Assembly: GCA_002189035.1 (NCBI GenBank)
Contig: NEEC01000010.1
Coordinates: 2,604,001 to 2,668,000, forward strand
From: Utricularia gibba
Taxonomy: Eukaryota > Plantae > Magnoliophyta
Length of the DNA: 64,000 nt
Direction: 5' to 3'
The notes under the pieces are model-generated. The model made no database searches, was not told the origin of the DNA, and saw only the letters and a program-made list of their open reading frames with translations. The position numbers were made by a program, and so were the translations under genes. Shown piece by piece: positions 43,302 through 57,439 of this stretch (the first letter of the stretch is position 1; each line of letters opens with the position of its first letter).

Positions 43302-46300
43302 TCTGTAGAAACACCAGTTCTCATGTACTACTCAACATCCTGTTTTCCACTAGCTCGCCCTCTGTTACTACAATCGTAGTGCTTTGTCCATAATATTACA
43401 TGTTTGAGGTCCTAGATTTTTAGAGCAATGAAACAAAATGTTAGAAATATTAGAAAAAACAAATGATGGGCCTTTCTCTTTCCCATTAACTTGAGGAAAC
43501 CAAGAATAAAAGACCCATTTACAATCTTCAAACATTAAAATTCACATATTATTAATTATACTCGACCTCAGTAATAGAAAAAATATATATGATTATATTT
43601 AAATACATAAAATCGATAATAGAAACAATTCTCCAGAATGAAGAAATAAAGGCCTAATTGACGTTTGAACCAAAACGGTAACGGGTACAAATCACTACAG
43701 CTCACCTTGAGGCGGTGGCATCTTTCGGTCAACTGTTAGCATTGAATATGGATTCCATTAGACAGAGAATGAGGACCCTCACCACATACTATTCACTGTA
43801 TTTCTAATCCAATCTTCATAATTTTACATTTTTTAGATGACTTATTGATGATCATATAATATAATCTAATGTAGTTGGTTATAGGAAATTATAAGGTCAT
43901 TTTGTCACCCATGTTGATTTATTTGGGCAATGTTAATGTTGCATAGTTGCCCATTGTGAGTGCCCAAATGGTCAAAAGAGCAAATCGGGGTACTTTTCCT
44001 AGCTTTTATTATCCTTGTCCATATGCCCAGAGGGTGGAAAGTGTTTGGACACAGCTGCATCGGTACCCAAATGTCCACCCCCATGTATTAAAGAAAAAAA
44101 GATGGATGACTTTAATACATGACACCCAATTTCGAAAGAGTAGTACTCGCAATCATTTACAATATTATAAACAGTGAACCGGTTCAACACAAACAAACAA
44201 AAATTTAAAAAAAGAAGATGCGATGTGCACATCGAGGGAGTTGTCGGAACAGCTATCTGGCTCGAGCTGTGACCAACTCCAGTCCATAGACTCGAGTACA
44301 ACGAAAAGCACTCGTGAAACGTCACTATTGCCTATGTTGGCATTCAGCATGCACGACAATTTGTCTTGGAATAGGATCACAATTTAGCAATGTCTTAAGT
44401 GACGCGACATTGCAACACATCATCATCACCATCTTGATCCTAATTTCTCTAATTTCCAACCGATTATTTACAAAAATAGTCACAATTATATTCTTTTATT
44501 ATAGACTTAGAGCGTGTTTGATAGAAACTATAAAAAGGTATAATTAAACAAAAAAAGAAAAAGATGATATTTAATAGTTGAGATAAATTATATTCAAGAT
44601 AATTTATCTCATAAATATAAAATAAAATAATAGAAAATAAGAGATATGTATAAAATTATATTATCATATATTTATTCTTTTTATTCTTCTTCTTATTTCT
44701 AATATAATTAAATGAGATGATCATTTTCCTCACACAATATGTGACGTATGATCAAAATTTTAATAGAGTTATAATTTCGAATTGAACTTATGATTGTAAA
44801 ATACTAATTCATGAATTTAAAAATTAAAATGTTTAATTTTTTATTATCCACGTAGCCAACTCTAGGGGTGAGTAGTGGGGCCCAAGTCTAGTACTTGATG
44901 AGGTAAATAAATCACTGGAGAATGATGATGCTCCATGCCTATTGTGTAGTGGTAACATGAAGAGGTTAAGGATGGGATGAGGGTAGGCAAATTATGAATG
45001 GATGGGGGACTTAATTGCAAAATCTTAAAAAGTAAAGGGACTTTCTTTGTAAAATAAATCGCTTTCCCTGGGTTTAGTGGATGTTAATGATATGTTTCGG
45101 GATTCTAATTTTGCGGCCCATAACGGTAACTACTTATTTAATGAAATTGGAATAAAAAATTGTGATATTGATCGTCTCCGCCGGAGCCGGTGCCCACCTG
45201 GCAAACATCTCCGCCGCGTTCTGTCATCCTGCTCTGCTGTAGGAGTCCGGGGAATCCTTTCTTTCATTCTTTGCTTTTTGTTTGATAAAATCTTTCTTTA
45301 TACTCTTGTGCGCTGCTGTCTGAATCCGGCTGCAGTTTGTAAGGAGGTGGCGTTTGGAAGCCAGTTTTCGTGTAATTTTGGCGAAAATGGTTTCCGATGC
45401 TGTTTCTGCAATCTGATCTCCAGTTTTGAAGGTAGAAGATGGAAGAATCGAAGCTCTAACTCTTCTGTAGCTCGTCGATTGCAGTTTTTTTTTTCTTAAT
45501 GATTTCTGAGTAAAGCTGGTTAGTTTTTTGTCTTTTTATTCGTGTCTTGAATTCATGGCGCTTATTTTGCGCACTTTTCAGTGTCCAGTGGGGGATCTGC
45601 ATTTTCTTTCTGATCGACTGTTCATGAAGCTTTTTGTCTGTTTTGAATAAAGTCCTCTCTCTTTTTGCTTCGACTCTAGATTCTTATCATTTTTTTTTTG
45701 TGATGCATATTTTGTTGACTGCGTCTTCCATTCTATATTCTCTCGCTGTTCAGTGTTCTGATTCATCTGAAGTGTAAACGTACATCGTCTTCAGGACCAG
45801 TATCTGTTTCCTTTTATCGGTGGTTGGAAGGAGGTTGACTCTGTAAATAACATGAGGATGATCTTTTTTTTTTTTCTGAATTGTGATTGAGGCGGGCCTA
45901 AATCCGTTTAATCCTACTTTTTCTACTCCCTTGTATGTTTACATTAGCGCTTTTAAAATTCAGAACTACAAGCAAAGACTCAGTCACAAGCCCTTATATC
46001 TTGTTGATGGATGAGAGCTCCATGGCGATTTGATTTTACTCAGTCTTTATGATTGTTTGTGGCCCTTTGTCTTGTAGCTCGTTGATGTGAAGTTCCGTGG
46101 GATGCTGTTCTAGTTTTCTATCTCTAGGCTACGTACAAAAAGAAGTGTTTTCTCTTTCATTTCTTCTGATGATGGCCAGCCAATGTTGTCTCCATTTTTC
46201 CCATGGGCTTATTCGTTCTCTTCCTTTTTCTTTTACTTTCAGGATATCGTTTTGAATTCTCCTCATATTGGCTCCCAAGGCATCAAATGTGTTATCTCTC

Positions 46301-46483
46301 GGTTACTTGCACCATTGGAGTATTTCAATCCATGGTTTAATGATCTTGGAAAACATTTGAGATCTACTGGTCTTGCAAAGAAGTCAAGTTGTTGGATTTT
46401 TTTTCCTTTGCTTCCTTTTATATCCTGGCTTTCCCGGAGGCTTTTTTTTCTGTATGTATCCTAATTCATGGATATAAACTGAG

Positions 46484-49400
46484 ATGGAGGACACTCAGAG
46501 TTGCAAGTTTGACAATAAAGCTCATCCCTGGTGCTTGGGAAGAATTCCGTACCTTTTTGAGACTAATGTGGGGGCCTCTCAGCAATGTAATGGTATTAAC
46601 TTCTAAGCTGAAAATTCCACTGTGTGCTCGTTTCCTGTTGACTGATGTTGGATACAGACTGCTTTATAGACTATAAGAGGTGCAAATTATTTTTTTGAAG
46701 TGCTTGATTGGTTACCGATCCCTTTGCTTTCGGGGCTTTTTATCTCCATGAATTGTAAATCGTGTTTGCACAAGGGCTGCCTTCCTCCTCTATCATGGTT
46801 TCTGTCACCACATGTTGCTTGACATAGAGTCATAACTCGTGAATAACAATCTAACTGTTGAATCCACAGGTTCACCTGTATCAAGGAGTAGATCAGATAT
46901 ATCAAACATGAATCCACATGTTAACCATATGGAAGATAAACTGGTAAAGTTTCAAAACTGTGTATGCAAAGGCTTGTGCTTTCAATTCGAATAATCTCAT
47001 GAACTGTTGTTTCCTCCGGTCTTCTATAAATGGTGCAGATGGTTTCTGAGTGCAAGAGAACTATACCAGAACATAAAGCTAATGGAACTCCCATGAAGAG
47101 GCTTATTGCACAGGAGATGACGAAAGAAGTAAATTCGGGTAACAGTTCACCTAATTTAATTGCAAGGTTGATGGGCCTTGATAGCCTTCCACATCAACAA
47201 CATGGCTCAGCGAATCAAAGAAACCTGATGGGCCACCATAGATGCCATTCCGAAATATCCATTTGTAGCTGGGAACAACAGAATGCCACCCTGGACTATT
47301 TAGACCATCATCAGGGCACAGATGTTCGTGAAGTATGGAGTAAGTCTACGAAACCCAACCACAAGGACAGGCATGGAGAACCCACTAAGCATCGGCAGGC
47401 TGCTTTTATCCGTCAAAAGCTCATTGATGGAAGCAGAATGTCATCGGAGGAGAAGCTTCGACAGTCTAAGCAGTTCCAAGATGCTTTGGAAGTTTTGAAT
47501 TCCAACAAGGAATTATTTGTGAAGTGTTTGGAGGAACCAAAGGCAAAGTTATCTCAATACAATCTGCAGTTGATACCTCCTCCTTTAGAGACAAGGCATG
47601 TGACTGTTCTAAGGCCTTCAAAGTATGCAGAAAAAAATTCTACCAAGGTCGGGGGTGCCCATGGTAAACAAGTTAGCAAGGATGGTTTTGTCCAGGTCAA
47701 ATGCTTTGAAAAACGAGGATCTGCTCCTTCAGATTGGAAGAATTATGAAGATCCACCTCAACCGACCCGAATAGTAGTTCTAAAACCAGGCAGTGGAAAA
47801 GCATGTGGAGATTCTTGCCCTGAATCTGAATGTTCAACGATGCACGATGATGACCTTTCAAGGAGTGCTGGAGATATTGATAGCTTAAAATCTAAGGCAT
47901 TTGCAAATGCAGTTGCTGAGAAAATTGATCAGGAGCTTGGTAGACATCATAGAGATGAGATATCGACAGCTTCAGCATTCTCCAATGGGTATGTGGCCGA
48001 TGATAGTTCATTTAATAAATCAGATACTGAGTTTCCAGCTGGTAATCTCAGCGATGCTGAAATCACTTCACTGGCATCAAGGCATGGAAGTCCATCCTCG
48101 TCCTCTTATAATAGGTTATCTCATTCGCCACAGCCATCTGTTTATATAGAAGCGAAAAAACGTCTGTCCGAAAGATGGTCCAAGATGGAATGTAATGAAA
48201 TATTTCGAGAACAAAAGTGGGTTCAGAAGAGTTCCAGTACACTAGGTGAAATGCTTGCCCTCTCTGAGACAAAGAAGACGCCATCATCTGCTGAATCAAT
48301 GGATTTGAAGTCGCTCTTTATGAGTGAATCCAAACTGGATGAGCATGTGGGTTGTTCATCATTTGATCTTGCTACATCCAAATCCACTCCAGTACATTCT
48401 GCCTCATGCATAACAAAGTTGACAACTGATACTCATGGTTCAGATGGGGAAATACCGACTTCTACTGATGAGTCAAGAACATTAGGTGGTGGTATATCAT
48501 CGTTCCGTGGGAAGGTGTCAAGTTTATTTTTCTCTAGGAACAGAACATCTAATAAGGATGAAGCTAGAAGTTGCGTTGGACATGAGCGAGACAATGCAGG
48601 GACTGCTACTTTTCTCGGGGCAGATCCAAGTCCAAACACAAAATCTTTTGAGGTAATTTCTTCCGCCAGTTATTTATCTTTTTTTTTTAGCAAATTCAGA
48701 TATCACATTTGTGTTACTCTTTGAACTTTTTCATAACATAGGGCTATATGCATGTTTTGGCTTTTTTATGAAGTAACTAACCTTTGTGTTTTCCAGATTG
48801 ACATATCGAACCGAAGATCTACGGCACCTGCAAGTCCTGCTAAAAATCAGCACTCTCAAAGTCTAGTTTCTACATCAGACACGGTTCTTGAAAAGAACGA
48901 GCAGGCAACAAGGATTCCTGGTTATCTCAGGCTGGAACGACGAGGTATTCTTCGCCACAAATGTTTTCGTTCACTTCATTCAGGGGTAACCAATACTTAT
49001 ATCTAGCAAATGGTTTCAGGATCTGATCTGCCTCCAAGCACCATCAGCTCAACCTTAATCGAAAAATCACCTCCTATAGGGTCCATTTCCTCCACCTCAT
49101 CATATAACGATTCGCGTACAGAGAAAGCATCAACATGTCCAATAAGGCGCTCCTTAAGTTCCTCAGGGAAGGAAGAACCAAAGGAGGAATGGTCTCTCTA
49201 TCTGAATACCTTGTTATCTGCTGCTGGCCTTCAAGGAAAAGTTCAATCAAGCTTGGTTTTCTCCGAGTGGCACTCCCCTGAAAGTCCCCTAGATCCATCA
49301 CTAAGAGAGAAATACATGAACCTAGACGAGAAGAGAACACTGCATGAAGCAAAGCGAAGGCAGAAAAGGTCAATGCAGAAGCTCGTATTCGACTGTGTCA

Positions 49401-49714
49401 ATGAAGCACTATTGGAAACATCAGGCTATATCCATGGAAACACTGCTTCTTGCACTGATCCTATGAAAAGAGTGGTGCATCCAGAACACTCCAAGGACGC
49501 ATTCATATGGTGGAACTCACTGTTCGACTACGAGACTGGGTGCAGTTGGGATGGTTTCAGGGGTGACATCTTCAGCATGGTCGAAAAGGAGGTGGTAGGC
49601 AAAGCATGGAGCGATAACCTGAGCCTGGAAATGGATCTCATAGGAATGAAAATCGGAGGCAAGGTGATGGAGGATCTGGTGGAGGAGACCTTGTTAGAGT
49701 TGGCGGGTAAATAA
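46484..49714 (+). CDS. TRM: TON1-recruiting motif (TRM / LONGIFOLIA-related) protein, DUF3741 + DUF4378
   Basis: Exons 46484-46592, 46870-46943, 47039-48652, 48797-48944, 49020-49714. Motifs LIARLMGLDSLP, PTRIVVLKP, EAKKRLSERW, KLVFDCVNE, C-terminal IGGKVMEDLVEE. Confidence 0.87.
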
Positions 49715-52700
49715 ACTGTCCACCGTTTACATTTTTTTATCATTTCGTGGAAAATAAAAAAAATCATAATTTTTTTAATAATTTTCTAAATTCATTCTGA
49801 TTAAAAATATTAATGTTCCACGTGTTGTAATCTGACAACTTTGTAATTTGTTTATTTGGGTTCATTTGGATGGTATGCTGCTATCAGTTTGGGCTGAAGC
49901 CCAACGATCCAGGGGATCATTGTTATTGGTTCAGGTTGAAGCCCAATAATATGGCCCAATAGGAAGCACATTAATCACTTTCTTATAGAGGTATTTAAAA
50001 GGATAAATTTAATAACTAGAATTTAGTTTATAGTATTAGAACATGTTTGCTTAGGGGCCATCATTTGTAACTATCATATACTATAGGTTCATTTTACTTT
50101 TTCCTTATAAAAGATATAAATAAAAGATTAATATGTTTAATACAAGAATATATATGTAAATTCTTAAAAATAATATTTTCCAATAAAAAAAGTTATAAAA
50201 AGATGTTAATTCATATCTCATCACATAAATCAATCAGTTCTTGGGATAATCGGTTTTCACGAAAAATTTCCAAAACTAAACCAATTAGTTCGATTAATTG
50301 GTTGACGATTTTCGTCGTATAATAATATTTTTCAACATCCAAAATTGATGAAACTCATGACTGATGATCAAAATCCTAGTAATCCATCTGGTGAGTACCG
50401 AGGTTTACTTAGATTGATGATCATATTCGTTTTGGAAGGACGTTTGCTTGATTATACCGCCTGGAATTATTGCGGTGATCATTAACTGAAAAGCGGACTG
50501 CACTTTTGCAAATGAAGTGAGTGTGCAAATGTTGATGCAATCCTTTCAATCCTCCATCCACTTTTGACTTATGTGAATAAAGAAACCCATTTATGAGGAG
50601 TAGGACTGAACCCCTTTCAGCAGACAACTTCTGTACCCCATGTACTATTTCCTACCCTTGCTGTTGAATGAGCAGTGGATTTTAATCGGAATGAGCAGTG
50701 ACAGATCCTTCTGCTTCCATATAGTTGCGTGTGTTGACATTTCGGGTCGGATTCGAGAGCGGGTTAAGGGGATGCAGGTGGATGCCCTGTGGTGTGCATG
50801 AATCATAACTTGCCGCGGAAACTAGTGGAGTGGAATCCATGCTCAGTGGCCCGGCTGGCAGACACCTAACAATGGCAGCAGCATTTGCTGCTTACAAAAC
50901 TTTGTCTCTATTATTTGGTATTTAATGCAGGTTGTTTTCAGGTGAGCAGATCCAACCCCTTCTCTTCTTCATGCCTTGGATCAACTCAGGTTTCTAGAAT
51001 AAACAATAATTCCGGACCAGAATTCTTGATTATATTAAGGAGAGACGACCCAATGAATCCATTTGTTTTGGAAGGTAGAGGAAGGAGCCACTTGTATCGC
51101 AAACCTAACTCTCCCACACACCACACACCACTCTGTGGAAGTCTTCTTGATTCCCAATATTAAAACAAATAATTTTACACTAAAATTCAAAAGTGAAATA
51201 ATTAATATATGTGAAATTATAAATCACTAGTAACTGATTAGATCTAATATTTTTTAATATAATCTATCCATAATAGTATGAGATTGAATGAGAAGAGTTT
51301 TTGATAGCTAAAACACAATTCCAACAAGTAAAATCTTGTTTAATAAGTCAAGACATGTCTAATAAACTCAGAACATATATTTGGTATGTATATGGAATAT
51401 ATATGTCTAATATTTTTTTCTTCAGGTTTTTTTATGACTAAAGTTTGTGTTTGTGTATACTGTAATCACAAATACATATCTACACGCGCACAACATCCCA
51501 ACAGTTCCCTACTTCATTAAAAGATGAGTAACTGTAACGTATCAAATGCGGCCACAACAGCCCATTTCCGATGGGTTTTTACCTGGATTCAGTGTAACAG
51601 AGATTTAACAGAAGGAAACTCTGTGTTCTTGTTGGCCTGTGGACCCGGACACACGTACTCTTCTTAAATAGCCTGAAAAACTGGATGCTCGGGGCCATCG
51701 CTAGATCACGTATTTACTCACAAATAATAAATTGCAAGAGGATGGACAATGTTTTCTCTGCAAGAAGAAGATGTTGTCGGGTTGACGTTGTCAGAAAACC
51801 CTAACTTTATTGCCCTCGTATTAAACATATTCCAAGTTGCAAGCAAGCGAGCTCTCAAACTCTGATTCGTCCATGATCATTACCACCTCCCCAGAGATCA
51901 TTGGCTTGAGTTGAGGACCAGTTCTGCTGGCTTGCCCTAAAAGTAAAACTCTGCTCTGGGACAAGATTCCATTCCAGGACAGCATTGGTTGAAAGCAGCA
52001 ATCCTGATGAGGAGAGATCAGTCATTCATTAAGTGGGAGTTGTTAGCTTGGCTTCATCTCTTTGCTTTCGTGTGTGTGGGATTCTTAATCAGGACTAGGC
52101 ATTCAATGAAATGACATAATGAGGACCTAACCAGGCTTGGGAGTTAGGTAGGTCTGCACCTAAATCTTTGTCCCAAAGGAAACAAAAAGGTGATTGTAGG
52201 CCTACATGGCATGACACCCAATAGACTTCATACTTTCCCTTCTACATTCACCATCCACACCACTCCACAGGTTTGCTTGTGATAAGTATAGTGAACCATT
52301 CCATCCCATAATAATCTAAAGATTGTGTCTTGAACACCAAAAACACTATAAAAATAGTTTTGTAATCAAATACAAGTGAATTCTAATCTAAAAAGAATAT
52401 AAATTTAGAATTATTTATTATTTTTTCAAACACTATGCTTCTATTTTAATAGAATTTATTCTTGAAAATAAATTTAAATGAATAGAAACCAAGGAAACCC
52501 TAAAAAGTTTTCCAGCTCAACTAGCAAAGCAATTATGTCCAAAATCACAACCGCAAACCCTATATGTTGCCACATGGTTCATAAACCCTAACATTATGTC
52601 ATAATGTTAGGATCAAGCTCCATATTAGATGCATTTTCATGTTTTATCAATTAAAATTGTGAAACTACCTCACTAACAAGGAGTAAGTGGCATCTCAATG

Positions 52701-53790
52701 ATGGTACATTCAGGATATCTCGTCACTGATTGATATTATTATATTAAAAATTTAATTTTTTTAATGATATCAAAATAATAATAATAATAATAATCTAAAT
52801 TTATAATTTTAATAATGTGTATGCATGACTATGGCTTTTTAATGAACACGCCTCGATCATAAATGATTCTATGTCCCGACCACCTACCGCACTACGAAAG
52901 AAGAATGAGTCGCAAACAGTGACACACCTTGCGCAAAATCAACGCCCTTGTCATCCCCGATCATGTACGTCATTAATGATTTGGAGACACGTTTGATTAT
53001 GGAAAATCGCTGTATTTAAGGCCCAGAGAGCTGTCTGCTGCTGAGTTGGTGCCTCGTCTTTTATCCCAAAGAGACACTCCTACCGCTCATTTTCGTTCCT
53101 TAATTAAGGTCCCGTACAAATTAGGGTGGCAAAACCACTTATACAAGTCCAACATCCATTATCAACGAAAGAGATGAAGAGATTAAGTAGAATTACTGTA
53201 TAAATCTTGTATAAGGTTTTTTCTTGAACACGATGAAGTATCCTTGATAATAATTCCAAAGTTAAGTATGCTTAGTTCAAGGTAATTTCAAGATAAATGA
53301 CGGAAGTCTCTGGCCAAATATGAGAAAACTGTAAAATTATGAGTATAGAATGACTGAAACGAATAATATTATACAAACAAAAGATGGATCGTGATATAGT
53401 AATTAAACAATCTTTGTGGTATTACGATTTTGGTTAAATGAGCATCTATCGTGATTTTGGTATACCATTGTAAAATGTTTTACAATGGTATGTGTTAGGG
53501 AGGGGGTGGAATTTTGTGCATGTTTTTTTTTTTTATTAATGTATTATTTTTTGGCATGTAAATTGAAATGAGGTAATTACACGTGTCTTTACGGGAAAAG
53601 ATGAAAATGAAACAAAATACAACTCACCCCAAAATTTACGAGGGATTGGTCCCAAGTAGGAGGTGGTGGCACCGCGGGGCAGCTGGTTCCAGAGGGCATT
53701 AAGTTCACGGATCGCTTATAAAACCCCCCTGAAGAACATTCACATGCTCATTAGCAGCAGAAACACCTTCTCCTGAACAGCAAGAACACA

Positions 53791-55393
53791 ATGCCTTCTC
53801 TTTCTTCTTCCTCCCTTCCAATTTTGGCTGCTCTCGCCGCCGCCGTTGTCGTCGTGGCGGGGATGCTGCTGCCGACGGCGGACGCACGAGCTTTCTTCGT
53901 CTTCGGGGACTCTCTCGTCGACAATGGCAACAACAACTACTTAATCACATCCGCGAGAGCCGATTCTCCACCGTACGGCATCGATTATCCTCCGACGCAC
54001 CGCCCTACCGGCCGATTCTCCAACGGATACAACATTCCGGATCTTATCAGTACGCAATGTTGTTAATTTCCTCTGATCTCAACCGGTTTCCCCTGTTTCT
54101 CACGGAATTTGGTTTTAGGTCAAGCACTAGGCGCCGAACCGACGCTGCCGTACTTGAGCCCCGCGTTAAACGGAGAAAGATTACTCGTCGGCGCGAACTT
54201 CGCCTCCGCTGGCGTCGGAATTCTCAATGATACAGGGCTTCAGTTCGTAAGTCGCTCGAATCGCCTTCCTTTTTTGGATCGATCGCGCCGATACCAGCCG
54301 ATATGAATAATTGCCTTCAACTTTGGAAAATGCAGGCGAACATAATCAAGATCAGCCAGCAGATTGTGTTCTTCCGGCAGTACCAGCAGCGGGTGGCGGC
54401 GTTGATCGGCGAAGATGCGACGCAATCGCTTGTTAACGGAGCGCTCGTGCTAATCACCCTCGGAGGCAACGATTTCGTGAACAATTACTTTTTCACCCCA
54501 TTTAGCATGAGAAAGGCGCAGTACAACCTCCAGGATTTTTCCGTACTCCTCATCACCGAATACAGAAAGATCTTAACGGTAACCCGATTATATTTTTAAA
54601 TTATTATATTTTATCTCAATATGGAAAGAAATTGGACTCCGTGTTAGTCTTGGAATGGTACTTTTTTTAGTTGAGAAATAACGCATTATATTCCAATTGA
54701 TTTATTAAATTATTTTCCTCAAAAAAATAAAAACTAAAATAGTAATGGCTACTGGCTAATCACCAATTTTAGAATATGATTTAAATAGAGCAAGTAAAAT
54801 TGGTAATCATGTTGTTTTTGTTGTTGTTGTAGACTTTGTACGAATTGGGGGCCCGGCGGGTCCTCGTGACGGGTACGGGGCCCCTAGGGTGCGTCCCCTC
54901 CCAGCTAGCATCACAGAGCCGGAACGGGCAGTGCGCCCCCGAACCGCAACGCGCCGCCGCCATCTTCAACCCCCTACTCGTCCAGATGGTCACCGAACTC
55001 AACCAAGAAATCGGCGCCGACGTCTTCATCGCCGCCAACGCTAACGCAAAGCAAAATGACTTCATTGACTACCCTCAAAACTTCGGTTGGTCCACTGAAA
55101 ATCCAATGACTGAACTGGGTTTTCTAAAGCGGGCGAGCTAATTTAATAAATATGATGCAGGATTCATCACATCGAAGGTGGCGTGCTGCGGGCAAGGACC
55201 ATTCAATGGGGTGGGAATCTGCAACCCCACCTCGAATTTGTGCCCGGATCGGAACCTGTATGCGTTTTGGGATCCCTTTCACCCCACGGAGAGGGCCAAC
55301 AGATTGATCGTGGAGACCTTGATATCGGGATCGGAGAAGTACATGTTTCCGATGAACCTGTCCACGATCATGGAATTGGATTCCAAAATATGA
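53791..55393 (+). CDS. LTL1: GDSL esterase/lipase (LTL1/At5g33370-like)
   Basis: Exons 53791-54049, 54119-54246, 54336-54578, 54833-55085, 55161-55393. [39 protein letters not shown]. Confidence 0.92.
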
Positions 55394-57182
55394 TCAAATG
55401 GCATCCTGTTGATTTTGTCGAATTTCAACCTCATCGCCATCTCATCCTATTAAATGGTACCCCTCGTCGCCCATGATGTGAAACATCGTCTTATAGTTCT
55501 CAAACAAGACAAGAGATTTTCATGGATTCTTACAAGTGATTTACGCGCGTCCCTTAAATATTAGACTGTGCATCAAATTTGAAATGAAATTTATGTTAGG
55601 ATTTATGTATGTGATCAAAACACAACAGATAAGATAAATTGATCTTATTAAAGTCGAATGAATCAATATACTACATGACGTGATCGTTGAACCAAATATG
55701 ATGTTACACTCACATATCGTAAAACAAACGAGCGAAACTACATTCTTCAACCTCAATCAATTTGAAGCCTAAAAAATATGATGTCACGATTCATTATTAT
55801 CTTGTACGATATTATTTGTTTTGAATACTTAATTTTCAAGATTTTATATTTTTCATTTAACATAAATAACTTTTATGTCTCATAAATCATCTTCTGGCTT
55901 CTTCTACTTTGACTTAAAATGTAACTTACCGTTTATGAGGCGCACTATGCATCGTTCCTGTCGACGTCGATGCGTTGAAGTCATGGTCTTCGCCCGAGAT
56001 CGAATATTTCTTAAATGCGTAAAAAAAACCAATAAATTTAAATTGGTATTATTTTACAAATACGACGTAAAGTTTGCATGACTTTTTTTCCAATAAGGGT
56101 GGCGAGTTTGGTGACGGATGTGATGCCACGTAAGGGCTTTTGTGGCGTGAGAGGGACAGGGGGGAAGAGGGGTCGTGATCACCTGCATGCGATGTCTCCC
56201 TATGCATGTGCGCCCTCATTCATGCATCACTAGGCCAGCTTTGACTTTCCGTACCAAAGCTACATTGAATGCATTCGGCACATCAACCCAGCGGGAGGGA
56301 AAGTGTAGCCGAATGCGCGTTATGGAAAGCAATTACGATGAACGTGGAGGAAAGAATTTACTGCACCCAACATACATGTATCTATTTTAAAGATTCGTGA
56401 AAACTCAGTTATTTATAGAATAATCTTTTATGATTTGAAGTGTGTTTGAGGGATGTGCACAGGAGTGCATTTATAGTGCAAGGTCATGCACATAATGACC
56501 ATATCCCATATTGATTACGAATGTTAAAAGAGATATGTTTAAATAGAGTGATTTTGTTAATCTTGTGTGAAATATGTTTATTATAAATTAGATATTTATA
56601 ATAATGTTTTTATTGAATTTTTCATTCATTGTGAATAAAACAAGTATTATAATAAAATATAATATTATACTTTCTATTGTAGAAAGTTTTAACCTTACTT
56701 TATCTGTTGGGAACCTTTGATTAATATTATCTATGGCTTTACTCAAGAAAAGAATGTAAGAATCTCAGAAGAATCTATTATCGATTATGGATAAGAATCT
56801 AGTATAAAGTTTTTTTTTCAAAAGTGAAAAATGTAAAATCATAAAGTTTGGATGTTCGAAATGTACAATATCACATAAGAATAGTAAACCAACACTATAT
56901 CATGACATCAAATCCCTAAGTCCTGCCTCATACATCTCACATCCCACATAAAATGGTAAGTATGACATCTCATACGACATTTGACGTGCCTTAATTTTAT
57001 CAAATTTGAAAATTTTGTGTAAGAAAATCAAACTCGTCAATTATTTATGGATTTAGGAGTCGGGGACTGGACACTCGAAGCCCATCCCCATCGAGTTTGC
57101 AACCGGTCAGGATGGACGCTGGACCTATCCGGCGCGCGGATAATTTTATTTTTTTATAAAAGGTTTTTTGTCATTGGACTAA

Positions 57183-57208
57183 CACGTGGCAAATGTATTC
57201 GCCACGTG
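57183..57208 (+). promoter_or_regulatory. Paired G-box/ABRE elements upstream of PIF1
   Basis: CACGTGGC (57183-57190) and GCCACGTG (57201-57208), about 240 nt upstream of the ATG. Confidence 0.6.
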
Positions 57209-57439
57209 GGCGCCGTACGAGCCACAACATTTATTTTCCGACACTGAAATTTGATAAATGTTTTGGTGGAATTGTAGTGGTGTAGATTGAAGGGAATCTG
57301 TAATTTATGATAAAACACTGCACTGAAAACAATGCGCATGCAGTTTCTTAAACAAATGGATGTGCTGTGATGAGCCTGTTAGGAGGTAGCAGAAGAAGGC
57401 CTTATCGAGAGGAAGAGGGATGTTGGTTTTTTGAATGAG

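Noticed and set aside
44221-44234. Perfect 14-bp palindrome CGATGTGCACATCG and a nearby 55-codon ORF
   Set aside because: It is isolated, with no recognisable motif or homology, and is compatible with chance in 64 kb.
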